From NCBI GenBank assembly GCA_965205215.1, contig OZ242041.1, positions 1,344,001 to 1,408,000 of the forward strand: a stretch of DNA of 64,000 bases, in the 5' to 3' direction. This DNA is from Nitrosopumilus sp. Its GTDB lineage: Archaea > Thermoproteota > Nitrososphaeria > Nitrososphaerales > Nitrosopumilaceae. Below the pieces are notes generated by a model. It worked only from the letters and a program-made list of their open reading frames with translations. It had not been told where the DNA came from and ran no database searches. How positions within the stretch are numbered: position 1 is the first letter of the stretch; every line of letters begins with the position of its first letter. Below are positions 59,917 through 64,000 of the stretch, piece by piece. The translations under genes were made by a program, and so were the position numbers.

Positions 59917-60828
59917 ATGCAAGAAAACACGAATGAACAAGCCGCGAGATGCCCGATATGCACTTGCAGACAGATGGTAACAGACGACAGCACCGGTGAG
60001 ATCTTTTGCGGCATGTGCGGGTTGGTAGTCAACGACAGGATTGCCGACATGGGGGCAGAGTGGCGCTCGTTCTCAAACGACGATTCAAACAGGGCCCGTA
60101 CGGGCGCCAGCACCTCGCTGACAATGCACGACATGGGGCTCTCCACCGTGATCGGCCCCTCAAACAAGGACTCGACAGGCAGGCCGCTCGCCGCGGGCAT
60201 AAAGAGCTCCATTGAGCGCCTGCGGACGTGGGACAGCCGCACGCAGGCCCCGACGTCGGCCGACAAGAACCTGCGCCAGGCACTCAACGAGATGGGCAAG
60301 CTAAAGTACAAGCTTGCGCTCAACGACGCGGTCGTGACTAACGCCGCGTACATCTACAGAAAGGCCATGGAGAAGAAGCTCGTCAAGGGGCGCACTATCG
60401 GTGGGCTGGTGGCCGCATGCATGTATGCGGCATGCCGCAACGCCGAGACGCCGAGGACGCTTGATGACATCTCCGACGAGATGAACCTCCGGCGCAAGGA
60501 CGTGGCAAGATGCTACCGCCTGATATTCAGGGAGCTCGACCTCAAGATGCCCGTCGTAGACCCCGTAAAGGGCATATCCAGGATTGCCAGCTTGGTGGGG
60601 CTCAGCGAGAAGACGCAGAGGATTGCTGCCCGGATACTGACGGCGGCAAAGAAGAAGGGTATGGCGGCCGGCAAGGACCCCATGGGGCTTGCAGCCGCCG
60701 CCTTGTACCTTGCGTGCACAAGCTGCGGCGAGGCCAAGACGCAAAAGGACATCTCTGCGGCATCCGGCGTGACGGAGGTTACGGTGCGTAATAGATGCGC
60801 CGGGCTGCGAACGCTGATGGATGAGTGA
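59917..60828 (+). CDS. tfb: Transcription initiation factor IIB
   Basis: CPIC..CGMCG zinc ribbon, EWRSF, HDMGLST, two cyclin repeats, VTEVTVRNR. Confidence 0.96.
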   Translation: MQENTNEQAARCPICTCRQMVTDDSTGEIFCGMCGLVVNDRIADMGAEWRSFSNDDSNRARTGASTSLTMHDMGLSTVIGPSNKDSTGRPLAAGIKSSIERLRTWDSRTQAPTSADKNLRQALNEMGKLKYKLALNDAVVTNAAYIYRKAMEKKLVKGRTIGGLVAACMYAACRNAETPRTLDDISDEMNLRRKDVARCYRLIFRELDLKMPVVDPVKGISRIASLVGLSEKTQRIAARILTAAKKKGMAAGKDPMGLAAAALYLACTSCGEAKTQKDISAASGVTEVTVRNRCAGLRTLMDE

Positions 60829-60898
60829 TCCGCAGGGGGCCGGGAGCATCCGCCCCTCTGCATTTTATTATTCTGATATGATGGTGGCCGCCCGGCCG

Positions 60899-61492
60899 TC
60901 ACCTTACTATGATCTGGTTGTTCAGGCGCAGTTGCTGCATTTCCAGCTGCTCCGGCGTCGCCCCGTATGATATCAGTATGCGGTCGTCCTCCATGGGTTC
61001 GTATTCGCGTATGTCTGTCGCCTCCTCGCCGTTTATCGTGTACACCAGCTTGTACGTGTCGTCAGTGCAGAACTGCCTGCCGTCCGGGAACACAAAACAG
61101 CTCTCGTCTATGCTTATCCCGAGGGTCTCAAACAGGTACCCCAGGGTAACCCCGGTTGCGTGCTTGTGGATCGTGGATCCGTCCCTTCCCTCAAAGTGAA
61201 TCCAGCTCGACTTTAGCTGGTATGACGGGACCGAAAAGTCGAACCTGTCGTCGAAGATCTCGACCAGGATTGCCGTGTGGTCGTGCGCGCTTCCTATTGC
61301 CCCTGCGTTCTCGGGGCCTCCCGGCGCCGTGCCTGGCAGGTTGATGAACTCGATGACCGCGTATCCCACGATGGTGCCGATTACTGCCAGCACCCCCATT
61401 GCAATCAGCAGGTGCTTTCTCTTTTCGGCAGAGTGCTTTGACGCATAACTCTGGCGCTTTTGCTCGCGCTCCCTCCTCTCCTTTCTGCCCAT
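60899..61492 (-). CDS. Membrane-anchored conserved protein
   Basis: Basic N-terminus, one TM helix, H.H, IHFE, IH.HA..VTLG..F, C....C. Confidence 0.75.
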   Translation of the reverse strand: MGRKERREREQKRQSYASKHSAEKRKHLLIAMGVLAVIGTIVGYAVIEFINLPGTAPGGPENAGAIGSAHDHTAILVEIFDDRFDFSVPSYQLKSSWIHFEGRDGSTIHKHATGVTLGYLFETLGISIDESCFVFPDGRQFCTDDTYKLVYTINGEEATDIREYEPMEDDRILISYGATPEQLEMQQLRLNNQIIVR

Positions 61493-61874
61493 GAATGTCT
61501 GGACTGATGGCCGACCCTAATTAAGGATTCGTAAGAGGGCGCACGCACCGCGGGCGTACCCTCTCCGAATAACCAGCCGCGACCGCGTTCAAAATAATTT
61601 GTACCACGGGCCATCTTTTTGTAACGTGCACGGCAATAGTCGGCGCGTGCGGGCCCTGCCGCGTCCGTCTCTTGATGCCCTTGGCGGCCTCCCGTCACGG
61701 CAGTATTCCGCGGGCTCCGGGGAAGGGGGCTCCGGTCCCGGCGCACTCGGATATGCCGGCTGCAGATTGTCCCGCCCCCTGTCTGCGGGACGCGCACGCA
61801 GGGCGACGGCTGGCGCGCCGCGTCTGCGGCGCCGGGCTGCATCGACTTATTAACAAAACCGCGCTTGGAACTGC

Positions 61875-62279
61875 ATGGGATGCGTGTTCTGCGAGATTGT
61901 CAGGGACACAGGCAAGGGCCACATAATATACGAGGACGAGGAGCACCTTGCGTTTCTTGACCTCTATCCGATAACCGAGGGGCACAGCTTGGTGGTGCCA
62001 AAAAGGCACCACGAGATGATAACTGACATGCCTCCTGACGATGCGGGCCGGCTCTTCTCAATCGTCCCGCGCATAGCGAGGGCGGTGCTTCTTGGCACGG
62101 GAGCGGACGCGTTCAGTCTGGGGCAGAACAACGGCAGGGCCGCCCGCCAGATCGTACCCCACGTGCACGTGCACATCATCCCCCGGTACAGCGGCCGCGA
62201 GACCATGTGGACCAGCCGGGGCATGCCCGAGCCCGGCGAGCTTGCGGATCTGGCATCGAGGATCCGAGGGCACTTCTGA
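61875..62279 (+). CDS. HIT family hydrolase
   Basis: CVFC, GHSLVVPK, HVHVHIIPR. Confidence 0.95.
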   Translation: MGCVFCEIVRDTGKGHIIYEDEEHLAFLDLYPITEGHSLVVPKRHHEMITDMPPDDAGRLFSIVPRIARAVLLGTGADAFSLGQNNGRAARQIVPHVHVHIIPRYSGRETMWTSRGMPEPGELADLASRIRGHF

Positions 62280-62349
62280 GAGGATACTGGCATCCGTTCT
62301 GACATGCCAGTTGTACAGAAGGATCCTGCAGTGTGCGGCGCGAAGCACC

Positions 62350-63627
62350 CTACCCGTGCCCCGGATTGTACCTGAGGATGGCGCCTATCTTGCCTATGCT
62401 TGAGAGCGTGGCGCCGTGCTCGGCGGTTCCGGAGACCACCTCTATCCCGGATCCGGACTCCGCGGCGAGCAGCTGCAGGTAGTCTATTATGTCCTGGTTC
62501 CTTGTCACCGTGTCGAGCGCGTTGCACGACGGGCAGGGGTTGTTTGCAAGCGCAGTCTCTGTCGGAATCACCTCCTCTGCACTGACAACCTCTTCCCGCA
62601 TCTTGTGGCACCTGTTGCACTCTGACTCCACGCGGCGCAGCTTTGTGTCGTCGGTGATTATGACGGTCTTGACCGCCCTGTTCTTGAGGTGCGACACTAT
62701 CTCTGAGAGGCCGTAGACCCCGAGGCCACTGCGCGCGTTTATCTCCCTGATGAGGTCGTCGACAATCTTCTTCTCCTCCACCATGCGGAAGCCACTCAGT
62801 ATGTCCCCCGACTTTACAAAGGCCTCCCTGATGCCCTCTTCGCCCGAGTACGACGAGTCTATCGTGCTTATTATCATGTTCTGGAGCCTGTACTCTAGGT
62901 AGCTGCCGTTTACAAACTCCTCCTTTGTCGGGCCGGGGCCCGACACTATCAGCCCCTTTATCTTGTACGTGTCAATGAACAGCTCGCGCGTGGTCTCGGC
63001 CACGCGGTTGTAATAGTACGTAAGCTGCATCTCCCTGAGCTTTTGAAACCTCTTTGCGGACTGCCCCCCCTGCCTGTGCTTGCCTGCCACGCCCGAGCTG
63101 GTGTGCGACAGCACCTCGACCTTGCTTCCGTGCAGCAGTCCCCATCCTGCGTCCTTGGCGTCTATCGCAAGGAATCCTATCATGTTGTCGTCCTTGAGCA
63201 TGTCCTTGAGCAGGTCGACGTGAAAGTGGTTGTCGCACCTGTACAGGTACTGGTTGAGATCCTTTGGGGGGTCTATCTCCCACATCCTCACCACCTCGCT
63301 TCCAAGGGGCCCCCCGCCCTCCGGTGGAAGGGCGCCGCAGAACACGGCCAGGCCGCGCTCGGGGGTCTTTTTGTACAGCTTTAGGCGCTGCACCACCTTC
63401 TTGAGGGCGTCCACCACGTGCGTCCTGGTCGTGTCGGACTTTATGTTCTCGGCCGTCCCCTGCTCCTGCTGCAGCGTGCCTATCACGTCGTGCATCTGCT
63501 TGTTCTTTGGGATGTACACCGACACGAGCTCCGTGCCGCGCCCCGTCTTTTGCGACAGCTCCTCTAGGGCGCGGCGTATCCTGTACATCTTTACAGAGTC
63601 CTGCTTTTCGACGTCGATCTTTTTCAT
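62350..63627 (-). CDS. prf1: Peptide chain release factor aRF1
   Basis: GRGTELVS, NIKS, YRCD..F, GGQS, zinc-ribbon insert, GAILRY. Confidence 0.97.
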   Translation of the reverse strand: MKKIDVEKQDSVKMYRIRRALEELSQKTGRGTELVSVYIPKNKQMHDVIGTLQQEQGTAENIKSDTTRTHVVDALKKVVQRLKLYKKTPERGLAVFCGALPPEGGGPLGSEVVRMWEIDPPKDLNQYLYRCDNHFHVDLLKDMLKDDNMIGFLAIDAKDAGWGLLHGSKVEVLSHTSSGVAGKHRQGGQSAKRFQKLREMQLTYYYNRVAETTRELFIDTYKIKGLIVSGPGPTKEEFVNGSYLEYRLQNMIISTIDSSYSGEEGIREAFVKSGDILSGFRMVEEKKIVDDLIREINARSGLGVYGLSEIVSHLKNRAVKTVIITDDTKLRRVESECNRCHKMREEVVSAEEVIPTETALANNPCPSCNALDTVTRNQDIIDYLQLLAAESGSGIEVVSGTAEHGATLSSIGKIGAILRYNPGHG

Positions 63628-63751
63628 TACACGCGCCTCCGCCCGTAGGTTATTAAATTTCATGAATCCGCGCAAGACGGCGTCTGCAACCGCGATCATT
63701 GCCGCCGCCGCCACCACCATGCGCCTGTGGCCCCGGCATGCCGTCACGGGG

Positions 63752-64000
63752 TCAGTTCTGCAGCAGCCCCTCTATGGCGCCCACAAAGACTTCCTGCGGC
63801 TGGTTTCCCCTTATCTTTACCACGTTCTTGTCGTCAAATATCATAAACGACGGGGTTGCGTCAATCCCGATGTCCTGGCCCGCCCTGTACGATTCTGCGA
63901 CCGCGTCCCTGTGCCTCCCTGACTCCATGCACCTCTCAAACTCCGAGATGTCAAGCCCCGCCGACTCTGCAAACGTGCCGAGGGCCTCGGCCGTTATCCA
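63752..64000 (-). CDS. DsbA/thioredoxin-fold protein, 3' part only
   Basis: Minus strand reads ...GLDISEFERCMES...GIDATPSF...IRGNQP...LLQN stop. Confidence 0.8.
   Translation of the reverse strand, partial: WITAEALGTFAESAGLDISEFERCMESGRHRDAVAESYRAGQDIGIDATPSFMIFDDKNVVKIRGNQPQEVFVGAIEGLLQN

Noticed and set aside
1015-63922. Numerous long antisense and alternate-frame ORFs in the track
   Set aside because: Shadow ORFs expected from high GC3; they overlap well-supported genes and show no motifs

Overview
High-GC archaeal chromosomal window, almost certainly Nitrososphaerota/Thaumarchaeota (Nitrosopumilaceae). It resembles a Cenarchaeum-like, probably host-associated lineage; this is inferred from gene content (S25e, S26e, Rpo6, TFB, aRF1, Alba, MeaB/Mcm/Mce, double-domain ThyX) and TATA boxes about 25 bp before leaderless starts. 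It is mostly housekeeping genes: msrB, thyX, mcm cluster, ppdK, tpiA, polB, Hef and DinG helicases, thrS, pyrG, a trp operon without trpF, ilvD, tfb and prf1. Accessory elements are: (i) an AT-rich array of about 8 units of 46-47 bp, each with a conserved TGGTACACGT core and a TATA-like dyad, upstream of a decayed surface-protein gene and a double winged-helix regulator; (ii) a solo TnpB with an intact RuvC triad and an overlapping structured 3' region (putative omegaRNA); (iii) a lower-GC islet bounded by transposase remnants that carries a frameshifted membrane-anchored coiled-coil protein. Other notable items are three micro-ORFs missed by the ORF track, an RNase HII and a DUF922-like protease with altered key motifs, and pervasive low-complexity insertions in conserved enzymes plus many microsatellites. 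No rRNA, tRNA or CRISPR array was recognised. All calls come from reading the sequence; no database searches were run.
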